From positions 46,624,001 to 46,688,000 of the forward strand of contig OX597819.1 of assembly GCA_951406725.2 (NCBI GenBank): DNA of 64,000 nucleotides, in the 5' to 3' direction. A program made the translations under genes and the position numbers. Within the stretch, counting starts at the first letter, position 1; the number at the start of each line of letters is the position of its first letter. Shown piece after piece: positions 52,530 through 64,000 of this stretch. Source of the stretch: Octopus vulgaris (lineage: Eukaryota). Below the pieces are notes generated by a model, which worked only from the letters and a program-made list of their open reading frames with translations, ran no database searches and had not been told where the DNA came from.

Positions 52530-53250
52530 TAATCACACGCTTTAGCGGAAGAATCACATCTATCGGCGGACAGAGTGATCTTCAATAGAGTCGCTGCCCC
52601 CATTCTAACGAGGCAATAGCAGGGAGTGTTTAGTGTAGGTGAAGTATCTTTCTCTCTACATCCAAACTAGATCAATCTTCCACTCAATATATAACTAAAT
52701 GCCAGCTGTCCATAAACAGCCATATGTAACAAGAATTTTTGAATACTCATAACGCAAATGTTTGTTAATCCTCAACAGATAATATCGCTTCCTTTACCAC
52801 CCACTACAATAGAAAAATACACGTTCTCATAGATTCCAAGATGGAGAAGTTTCGCACAGCATGGTTACTATTTCGGATTCAGGATCAAGGAAAACTCCAT
52901 ATCCTGATCCCGCTACATGACCTCCCCAACATAATGTGGAGTATCTTTTACGAAGCTCTTTCCTACCTGCAGCTCCTAATTGTCAACCTTTCTCCCATGA
53001 GGAACTTGTTATACCGCAAATGCTTTGCAAAAGCCTGAAATATCCATCATCTAAAAACCGACCTATCGATTTGTTAACATCAAAGAACTGCCTTGTTAAT
53101 GAATTGCAAATCACTGGCAGCTAATACCTCGGAATGTCTACCACAATTCTAGAATTTTCATTGGTAATTTCAAAGTAAAGAACACTTGCGTACTCATAAC
53201 AAGATTATTCCACTTTCGCATACCACCAGTTTAACATATCAGAGCTAACT
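52530..53250 (-). pseudogene. Possible very old Penelope-like RT relic
   Basis: Weak minus-strand matches (SFVKDTPHY, LDPESEIVTM, LFM) in the expected order. Confidence 0.3.
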
Positions 53251-54581
53251 CCCAGTTACATATATATCAAATATAATTATGCACGACACGGTACTCAATG
53301 ACGATCAACGCACTACCCAGTACCTTGATGCATAGGTCGTGATTTTCCATGTGAATGGGCTATCACACCACCATACTGGATACCTCACCAGGCAGTTGCA
53401 TATTCTATTTTTCACCTCCCTACCTGACGACATGAAAATGTCAAATCCTACAGGTTGTAGGCTAGCTGGCATCGCAATACTGTCCCCTCCATCACGTGCA
53501 ATCATAAAGATGATTTTCTGTTGTTATTTGACTAATTTCTTCAAATGACCAGTACTGACCAATGGTGGCAGTCAATATTCTCACTGAAAAGCCATTTTTA
53601 TTCTTCTTCCATATGACTCTAGACAGACTGAAGATGAATAATAGCTTATTCCATGCTGTGTGTGTATGCACGTGCTTGAGTATATACATCTGTGTGTACA
53701 TCTTTTTGAAAAGGTTATTCCATACTTTTTTGTAAGTGATTCCAGCTTTGATAGAACAGTACAACGCCTAGACTTTTACTGCCTGAATTTTCTTCCCGGA
53801 TCTTCTGGATGAGGCAGTTCATATTTGCTTATGTTACAGCCATATTATAGTAAAAAAGAATATGCGATTGATTTTTCATAAGCCCTCACGGTATCATCAC
53901 TACTGAATTTCTAACGTTATCTGTTACTTTCAGTAGTTTGCAAGGACACTTCGTTCATCGTGCCAAAAAAAAACGAGGAGTTATTGCCATATACTCAATC
54001 AGTAAGTGTTAGTACATGGTGACTCAATGACCAACAAATTGCAGCCATCTTTATTTTCAAATCACTGCTATCCGTTTGAAGAACATATTGAATAAACAAG
54101 CCCTAGTACGCCGTATCTGCAAATCAGATATACGATGATTACGACTGAAATATCTTCAATCATTAGTTTACTCGATTGAAACCAGAAAATCGAGCGAACT
54201 TGAAAAGAGAACGTTAGTAATCGGCTCACCTTTATTATAGAGAAATCCAAACGAACGAAGACGATTAATAATGAATGGTGAAGTCATAGAATAACGCAAT
54301 CTTAAATGGCAACGCACTGACGAATATACTAATGAAATTAGCAAGAAACTATTCCTTGAGAAGATACGAACCGCGCGACCCGTTTGTGGTAACTAGTACA
54401 TGCACCCTATTGACACAACCAGATTCAATTTTATTCTATTTTCACATGAAACCGAGTATGTTATGCGTGCTTAAATGTATGCATGTGTATAGTTGCAGAG
54501 ATGATGAACGCACACATGCATGCATGTGTTTCTACGGATGTACATATATTTTATATATATATATGTATATATATATATATA

Positions 54582-54633
<52 letters not shown>

Positions 54634-55225
54634 CATACATTCATATATGTACATATATAACACATGTAATATATGTAAGCATGTATATGTATATATACCT
54701 TCATATATAGTTACATATTCTTGTACATGCATATGTATACATATATATATATATATTATGTGTGTGTGTGTGTTTGAGTATGAATGTGTGTATGCATATG
54801 TGTTTTAATGTGTACGGGTACGTGTATGAGTGTGCGTGAAATGCGTGCGTGAGAGCAGGTGAACTCTGCAATTGAACTCTTGATACCAAAATTTGAATGG
54901 CAGACATTAATTCAGCGTGGCAAATTAATTGAAAGGAACCTCTGCGTGTTCAAAGTTTGAAGAACATTCCGAGAACTTGTGCCTAGAGAATAGAGGAAAA
55001 GAAGACATGAACTTTCCATACACTCGGCTAAGTTATTTCCTCAAATAATGAAAGAAATATTTCTCCGAATCACATAATAATAATAAAAAAATGATATAGA
55101 AATTTTAAAAATTAATAATAATTGAAACATATAAAATGATGCCGAAGAAAAAAAATCAAATTATTGCTAGAGATATAGCGTAAGATGATAAAATAAAAGC
55201 ATAAGATATGTATAAATATATGTGT

Positions 55226-55316
<91 letters not shown>

Positions 55317-55359
55317 CATATATATGTATGTATATATATATATGTATACATATATATAC

Positions 55360-55429
<70 letters not shown>

Positions 55430-55472
55430 TTTATGTGCATGTATTTGTATACATATATTATATAGGTATCAT

Positions 55473-55509
<37 letters not shown>

Positions 55510-55901
55510 GTCTCTGCACATGTGCGTGTGCGTGTATGTCTGTGTGTGTGTGTGTGTGTGTGTACAGAGTACCGCATATTAATATGAAAAAATATGAAAA
55601 AATATAATTATCGTTAAGAAAGATTAACAGCATCAACGGCCATATCAATAAAGAACGCACATGCAACTACGACAATAGTAGCAACAAGAAGAACACTATA
55701 ACTACTACTACTACCACAACTACTACTGCAGCAACAGCTGCTGCTGCTGCCCCTGCTGCCACTATCGCTATTACTAATACTACCAGAAAGAAGAATAAAG
55801 AATTGGGGGAACAGGAGGATAGTAATACGTTGCCTATGATGATCGTATTATTGCTGGCGTTGTTTTGCTGTTGTTGTTGGTGGAGATGGTAGTGGTGGTT
55901 G

Positions 55902-55958
<57 letters not shown>

Positions 55959-56176
55959 CAGCAGCAGCAGCAGCAGCAGCAGCCGCAGCAGCAGTAGTAT
56001 AGTTAGTAGGCGAGAACAGTGGTTTCAAAAGTTCTTATTCAAATGCGACCCTCATAACAAAATGGAGTTACCAAAAAGAGAACAAATAGCAACTTTCAGA
56101 TTACAAATTAACGGGAAAATATATAGGCACACATACATACATATAAATGCGTATCTGTGCGTGTGTATACCTTTAT

Positions 56177-56252
<76 letters not shown>

Positions 56253-56417
56253 TGTGTGTGTGTGTCTGTGTGTCTGTGTGTCTGTGTGTGCGTGTGTCTG
56301 TGTGAGTGTATGTGTGTGTGTGTGTATACATTCAACAATTATGTTGATATTACCAAAAGGAGTTGAAGCAGGTGAAAGTTCTTCCGATATCAACACATTT
56401 ATTAGTTGCTAGAGAAA

Positions 56418-56459
56418 AAATAATAATAACAATAATAACAATAATAATAATGGTAATAA

Positions 56460-56490
<31 letters not shown>

Positions 56491-56499
56491 AATAATGAC

Positions 56500-56591
<92 letters not shown>

Positions 56592-56592
56592 C

Positions 56593-56642
<50 letters not shown>

Positions 56643-56690
56643 TAATAATAATGACTATAATAATAATGGCAACAATAATTACAGCAATAA
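56418..56690. repeat. (AAT)n microsatellite
   Basis: Direct reading. Confidence 0.95.
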
Positions 56691-56764
56691 TGACAACTGC
56701 AAAGGGAACTTTCATCGGTATACGTCAGTACGTGCGTGTTTGCACGTGTATATATGTAATTGCT

Positions 56765-56829
<65 letters not shown>

Positions 56830-56874
56830 ATATACGTATTTATATATGACATATATACATATATATATAGATAT

Positions 56875-56923
<49 letters not shown>

Positions 56924-56944
56924 CAGATATATATATATATCCTC

Positions 56945-57256
56945 ATCTAACCCCCTCTCCCCCCTCCTCACCTATCCTTTCTCCCCCCGACCCCTACTTC
57001 TTCAGTCCTTCATCCTTTCACCCCTACTCCCCTTCCCTTCTTCCCTCTTTCTCCCTCCCTCTTCCCCTTCTCCCTTCTCTCTGCTCCCCTTCCCCTTCTC
57101 TCTGCTCCCTCACTCCCTCTCTCCCCCTCTCCCTCTTTCCTCCTTCATCCCCCCTCCTCCCCTTCATTCTCCCCCATCCTCTCCTCTTCCCCCTTCTCCT
57201 CCCCCTCTTCTTCCCCTCCCCTTCTCCCCTCTTCTCCCCTCCCCCTCTTCTCCTCA
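56945..57256. repeat. Polypyrimidine/polypurine low-complexity tract
   Basis: About 310 bp of almost exclusively C/T on the plus strand. Confidence 0.9.
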
Positions 57257-57297
57257 CTACACCACATGACTTTACACATCACATCACATATGATGTG

Positions 57298-57640
57298 CCA
57301 TACTAATACACACACCAACTAATACATACTAATACGTACTAATACATACTAGTACATACTAATACTTACACCAACCCTATACATACACACGTCCAGACGC
57401 CGCATACGCACTTATACTCTCTCACACAAACACACACACATACCTATACATACCAATACGTACTAATACATACTAATACATACTAATACATACACCAACC
57501 CCATACATACGCACGTCCAGACCAATCTTACGCACTAATACTCTCTCATACACACACACACACACACACACACACCCATATACATACTAATACATACACC
57601 AACCCTATACATACACACATCCAGACCCCTCCCACGCACT
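57298..57640. repeat. Compound minisatellite
   Basis: (TACTAATACA)n blocks and three copies of ACACCAACCC.ATACATAC.CAC.TCCAGAC at about 120-bp spacing. Confidence 0.8.
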
Positions 57641-57811
57641 TTTAGCTGGTCCCTCAACCCTTTTATCAACCCTATTATCTCCCCTTATTTCGCTCTCGCG
57701 TCTCATGTTTGATCTTTGACCTCTGGCCGAAATCAGATCGCCATGTTGATTCGTTAGCTACTGCACGCATTTTTTTCTCTCCTTCTTTCTGTGTTTTTCT
57801 CTCTCTGTGTA

Positions 57812-57849
57812 TCTTTCTGTTGAAGAGCGTAGGCTCGAAACGTTAAAGA
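57812..57849 (+). ncRNA. Hammerhead motif (A6U core) in an H1-related element ending at 57948
   Basis: TCTTT-CTGTTGA-A-GAGC gtag GCTC-GAAA-CG-TT-AAAGA. The last 55 bp or so (57893-57948) are identical to 45350-45405, and both are followed by (TA)n. Confidence 0.5.
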
Positions 57850-57946
57850 CTTGTTTTATTTATATTTCCTGAGCGCCATACTAATACAATTGTTCGTTTG
57901 TTTTCCACCTGCCTTCGTCTTTTGTTTATTTTCATAAAGCTTCCCG

Positions 57947-58004
<58 letters not shown>

Positions 58005-58179
58005 ATATATATACATTCGCCTATATATATATATACGCATATATGCGTATATATGAAAGGATATATGTACATATACATAATGCATATATGTATATTTACA
58101 TATTTATAAATATATAAATGAATATATATATGTATATATATAAATGGATATATATATATATGTATATATATAAATGGAT

Positions 58180-58213
<34 letters not shown>

Positions 58214-58549
58214 AAATTAATATACGTATGCATAGATATGTGTGTGTGTGTGTGTGTGTGTGCATTATACATGCATTCACCAAAGTGTACGACTATATAT
58301 ATATACATAAATAAGTACATATACGCATACGTACATACATGAATATATAAATACAATCACATACATACATACATACATACATACATACATCCATACATAC
58401 ATACATACATACATACATCCATACATACATACATACATACATACATACATACATACATACATACATACATACATTTGGTTCCTGCCGAAGTAGGAAATCC
58501 TTCGATAGGTTTTTGCGAGTAAGCACTATATATAAACTTAGTTCTGTCT

Positions 58550-58603
<54 letters not shown>

Positions 58604-58968
58604 GAGAGACAGACAGAGCAAGAGGGAGAGAGAGTGAGAGGGAGAGAGGGAGAGAGCCACAGAGAGAGAGAGAGATTAACAGTCCGAGACAGAGAAAGAG
58701 AGGGACAAACAGAGAGGAAGGGAGAGAGAGACTTTAAATGTATAGAATAGCGTATGATTATAGGATAAATGTACAGGTCGATTGATCGAACATGAGACAG
58801 ATCGATCGACCAACAAACCCTGAATAATAAATTGGCAACGGAGAACAACAAGCAAAGAACACGATTACGACAATGAGGAAACAGGATAGGGTACGATGAA
58901 ACAAGTGGAGTATGTCAACGTGTGTGAATTACATGCACGTATGTACGTATGTACCTACGTATATATAT

Positions 58969-59048
<80 letters not shown>

Positions 59049-59214
59049 GTGTACATGTGTGTATACCTACATACATACATACTTCCAAACATACATGCAT
59101 ACACGCATACACTCGGACATACATTCTATCCCTTAGAATATGGAAGCGCCTGGTACCTAACTCTAGAAAGCCTCGATAAAATGACGAAACTAAAACACAC
59201 ACACACATACATAC

Positions 59215-59284
<70 letters not shown>

Positions 59285-59288
59285 TATT

Positions 59289-59328
<40 letters not shown>

Positions 59329-59433
59329 ATATTTATATATATATATATGTATATATGCTGCATATCAGTACTTTATAATTATGTATATGCATATAGTATT
59401 TTATACATATATATATGTATATATATATGTGTG

Positions 59434-59547
<114 letters not shown>

Positions 59548-60031
59548 AAAAACATATACATATATATATATATATATACGTATATCTATGTATGTATGTA
59601 TGCATGTATATATGTATATGTATATATGTGTATATATGTGCGTGTGTGTGTCTGTGTGTGCGCGCGCGCATTTAATGTGATCAACCATGTCTTGGTTTAT
59701 GAATTGAAGAATAAGATTGGACGGAATTGTAAGAGGGAATAAGTACAGTATAGTCAAAGGTTAGGGGGGTGGAGAGGGCTACACTTCGTTGAGGAGGTGG
59801 TGATAACTGGGTTTAGAAATTTGGTTTCTGAGCATGCGGTGAGTGCTCGCAAGAGAAAAAAAAACTATTCTTTTGTAGTCTGTTGTGTGTGTGTGTGTGT
59901 GTGTTTGCATATTGTTTTTGTTATGCTTTTTTTACCGAAATCACAGTATAACACTTGCAAATATCTTGAGTACAGTATGAAAGATGAAAAGAATATGCTG
60001 CAAGAAACGTACACACGTAGTCTTTTAGGTT

Positions 60032-60078
<47 letters not shown>

Positions 60079-60106
60079 TATATATATACATATATATATG
60101 TATATG

Positions 60107-60147
<41 letters not shown>

Positions 60148-60182
60148 TGTGTATATCTATATTTATATCTACCTATTAGTCT

Positions 60183-60245
<63 letters not shown>

Positions 60246-60273
60246 CATATATATATGTATATATATATGTGTG

Positions 60274-60311
<38 letters not shown>

Positions 60312-60376
60312 GGGAGACTAATAGGTAGATATAAATATAGATAGACGTATACGCTCATTTAGACATACATATTTGC

Positions 60377-60430
<54 letters not shown>

Positions 60431-61546
60431 ATAAGAGAATGTATGTAAATATATATATATGTATGCATCACACTTGTATATATATCAGTTATATATACAT
60501 ATACACACACGCATATATATATATATGTGTGTGTGTACCCACATGCATAATATATACACTTACATATATATATATACACCTAGATACATATGCATGTACA
60601 TCCCTAGAAACAAGGAATTGATCGATTCCGTTCGAATATGCAGGCTTAATGATAGAATTCTGTTGGTTATTTTGTTTCTTTGAATATTTCAAATTATGTT
60701 TTTGTTTTGTGTACTTTTTATGGAATTTTGTTAATTTTCTTTTTCATGTTTGTCTCCTGTTGTGCCTCCCCGCCATTCTCTTGCATCTCACCCACACCCA
60801 TCTCCATTCATTTCTTTCAATTTTATTTATTTATTTATTTGGTCTTTCTTTAGCGTTTTACGTTTCTGTATTTATATTTTTTTATTGTATTTTTTCTCTT
60901 TCTTTTCAGTTTTTCTTTTTTTTTACTTTTTTTTCTTTCTCTAGATAAAAGGAAGGGAATCGTTATTAAAGCGTTGCTGAGAATCAAAGTAAGCTGAGCA
61001 GATTGTCAGAGTGTAGACATTGTCATTTTCCTACCAAATTCGTAACGAAACGAAAAATGGCTGATTGCAGACGTTTGTCAAAAGAAAGAGCAAAACAAAC
61101 AAAAAAAATATATATCAGACGCTTAAAAGAAATAAATAAATAAATATGAACCATTTTAAAAACAAGAACAACAATAATTTCAATAAATAAGTTAAAATAG
61201 GTTGCACTCGTTCATAAGCATTAACAGCAGCAGCAATATCAGTGCCAGCACTGGAACCAACAACAGTATAAGAGACAGAAGTCGTAAGAAAATAAAGAGA
61301 AACATGCATGATGGTAGGGAGTCGAATGAACCGTCCGACGGAGGCAGATAGATTATATTGCAACGCTGCTCTCTTCTTATGTCGAGTGGTATTTCACTTC
61401 AATTTATAATAGAGACTTGCAAATATATATTAACCGAGACCGGGATAACACAGCGTTAACCGTAAATGCCAAATAGACATCAAAAACCCAAAGGGAAAGT
61501 GGGAAAGAAAAAAAAAAAATTATGACGACAAGAAAATGTTGGAAAA

Positions 61547-61551
61547 TAATA

Positions 61552-61650
<99 letters not shown>

Positions 61651-61862
61651 GTAATAATAATAACCATGTTCATGATCATTATTATCATCATGATCATGAT
61701 CATGATGAAAAAAGAATATCTACTATAATAATAGGAATTATTATTATTATTATTATTATTATTAATATTTTTTATCATTATTATTATTATTATTATCATT
61801 ATTATTATTATTATTATTATTATTAATATTATTATTATTATTATCATCATTATTATTATTGT
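61547..61862. repeat. (AAT)n tract followed by an (ATT)n tract
   Basis: 61547-61665 is (AAT)n and 61738-61862 is (ATT)n. Confidence 0.9.
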
Positions 61863-62392
61863 TATTAAAATTAGAAAACGGCAAAAAACAGGATTAAAAT
61901 AGTGAAAAAAGGTGTGTGCAAGGACATACGCACACACAGACACTCTCTCTCTCACACACACACACATATAGGTAGATATATATATGCTTGTATACATAGA
62001 TACGCATACATATGCATATGTGTGTGTGTGTGTTGTTCGCCATTGCTATCTTCATAAATGAAGACTTTGGTTAATAGCGACAATGGCGTTTGGCACTTGC
62101 TTTCGTAAGGAGAGAGACGGGATAGGCGTAAAATAGAAGTATACAAATAAAAATATATAAATGGCACAAAACACATAGTAAAGACGTATAAGAAGATTTT
62201 AAAAAAGCATAAGACAGAAGGTTAGGCGGGACATTCTCTTTTTGTTGCTTTTTTTTTTCCCCTCGACTAACTACAATTATTTGACAGATCGTTTCTCAAA
62301 TACGGTTGATACTTAAGTGAGAAACGAATTGGAACAGCCGATGTGTCATATGTATCCCAATATATGTAAAATATATACACATAAGTATGAAG

Positions 62393-62441
<49 letters not shown>

Positions 62442-62530
62442 TGCTCGTAAACGTATGTGTCAGTGATTGCGTGTATGTATGTGTATGAATATGTATATTC
62501 ACAGAATACAGGCAAACACAAGAGCATGAG

Positions 62531-62594
<64 letters not shown>

Positions 62595-62637
62595 ATATAT
62601 ATGTATATATGTATATATATATATGTGTGTGTGTATG

Positions 62638-62670
<33 letters not shown>

Positions 62671-62837
62671 ATTATATATATTTAATGGCGTATATATGAA
62701 GAACCAAATACACGTGTTGGCGTTTCTTGTAAATGCTTTTGTAAGGTCAATTTATGCATATTCGTTTTCTTATAAATGCTGTGATATATGGGAAGATACC
62801 TAGATAGATACATACATACAAACATTCATGTATGTGC

Positions 62838-62890
<53 letters not shown>

Positions 62891-63099
62891 CATACATTCA
62901 TTGCACACTCTATATATATATATAAATATATACATGTAGAAATAAATACATAAAGAGAGAAAGAGGTGGTCTACTTATCGATACATATATCAAAGTATGT
63001 TTATACATACATGTACATGTTTATAGGTATACATGTTCACGCAAATACATACATACATACACACACATATATATATATATACATAACTATACATATGCA

Positions 63100-63155
<56 letters not shown>

Positions 63156-63449
63156 TCTATCTATTGACACGCATATTTATGTATATTTATACATATAAAC
63201 ATACGTAAGTATGTAAGTATATATATATATATATATATATTAATAAAAAGAATTCCAACCTTGTCTGATTTTCACGTTTTATTTACAATCTTATAATGAT
63301 ATATTATAAGATAATATATTATAATTGAATAAAATAAAATGAAATAGTAGAATGTTAAATATTCATTCTGATTGAACTAGTACTTTCATGCATTGAATTC
63401 TGCAATCTTCGGGTTCATGTAGTAGTGTTGACAGTCATGCTTCACAATT

Positions 63450-63600
63450 TTTGACTGTAGCAAGATGAGTGATTCTGTGCTATAAATACAGCTGGGTAGG
63501 CTCCAGAGTGCTAGGTTTTGCAAACTGTATTCTGACCAATCAGTGTGTAGTATCACTCAATTACTTAAGCTGATTGGTTGGTTGAGCTGATTGGTTTAGG
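63450..63600 (-). promoter_or_regulatory. Candidate promoter: three CCAAT boxes plus TATA-like box
   Basis: CCAATCAG near 63536 and CTGATTGG near 63570 and 63587. TATAAATA/TATTTATA at 63481-88. CAGTC about 32 nt downstream on minus. Confidence 0.3.
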
Positions 63601-64000
63601 CATCACGCTTTGTTGGACAGGTCAAGAGTCCTGTATCTTGACCCTGGCCGAAGCAGCAATTGTTGGGTTATTTTTAGAAATGTTGTAAATATCCTTTGTC
63701 AGAGATTTTTATATTTTTATATTTCAATTGTCATCATCATCATTGTCAGCACCTTAATTATTGTTGCTAGTGGTGATGGTGGTGGCAATAGAACTTTTAA
63801 CCCTAAATAAGATAATTTTCCTGCTATCTTCGTCTTGATCACCTTTAGTATTGTTGTTGTTGTTAGTGGTCATGGTCGTAGCAGTGGAAGTAATACCTCT
63901 AAGTATTATTATTATTGCTTATTTAGCTTGGGTTCGAATTTATCAATAAAATTCTTTTCTCTGATTTTCCTCTCGATTTCACTTGGGCTGTGTAATTTGT

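Noticed and set aside
60945-60988. Possible plus-strand 44-nt exon (long pyrimidine tract, AG...GTAAGC)
   Set aside because: T-rich tracts are ubiquitous here, the peptide is uninformative and there are no supporting neighbouring exons.

Overview
AT-rich, extremely microsatellite-dense eukaryotic genomic DNA. The SINE families and the (TA)n/(TG)n/(AAT)n load suggest a cephalopod (Octopus-like) intron or intergenic region; this assignment is inferred from recall, not from a search. Almost every ORF in the supplied track is a microsatellite artefact. The recognisable content is decayed transposons: several mariner, Tc1 and rosa (DD41D) fragments, a FLYWCH-MULE, Penelope-like RT relics, an R4/Dong-type RLE LINE, an RTE LINE, Helitron-like ends, a pogo-like MITE and at least three tRNA-derived SINE families. 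There is one good candidate host exon (14934-15077, minus) and two candidate core promoters. The most striking unexplained structure is a set of about 9 type-I hammerhead ribozyme (HHR) folds in short non-coding elements, most wedged into (TA)n or related tracts. Two sit in 1.3-mer direct-repeat units of about 434 and 338 bp, one in a 231-bp head-to-head palindrome, and several carry unusual catalytic cores (G3:C8 swap, U4C, A6U, extra core nucleotides). All folds were derived by eye and none is tested.
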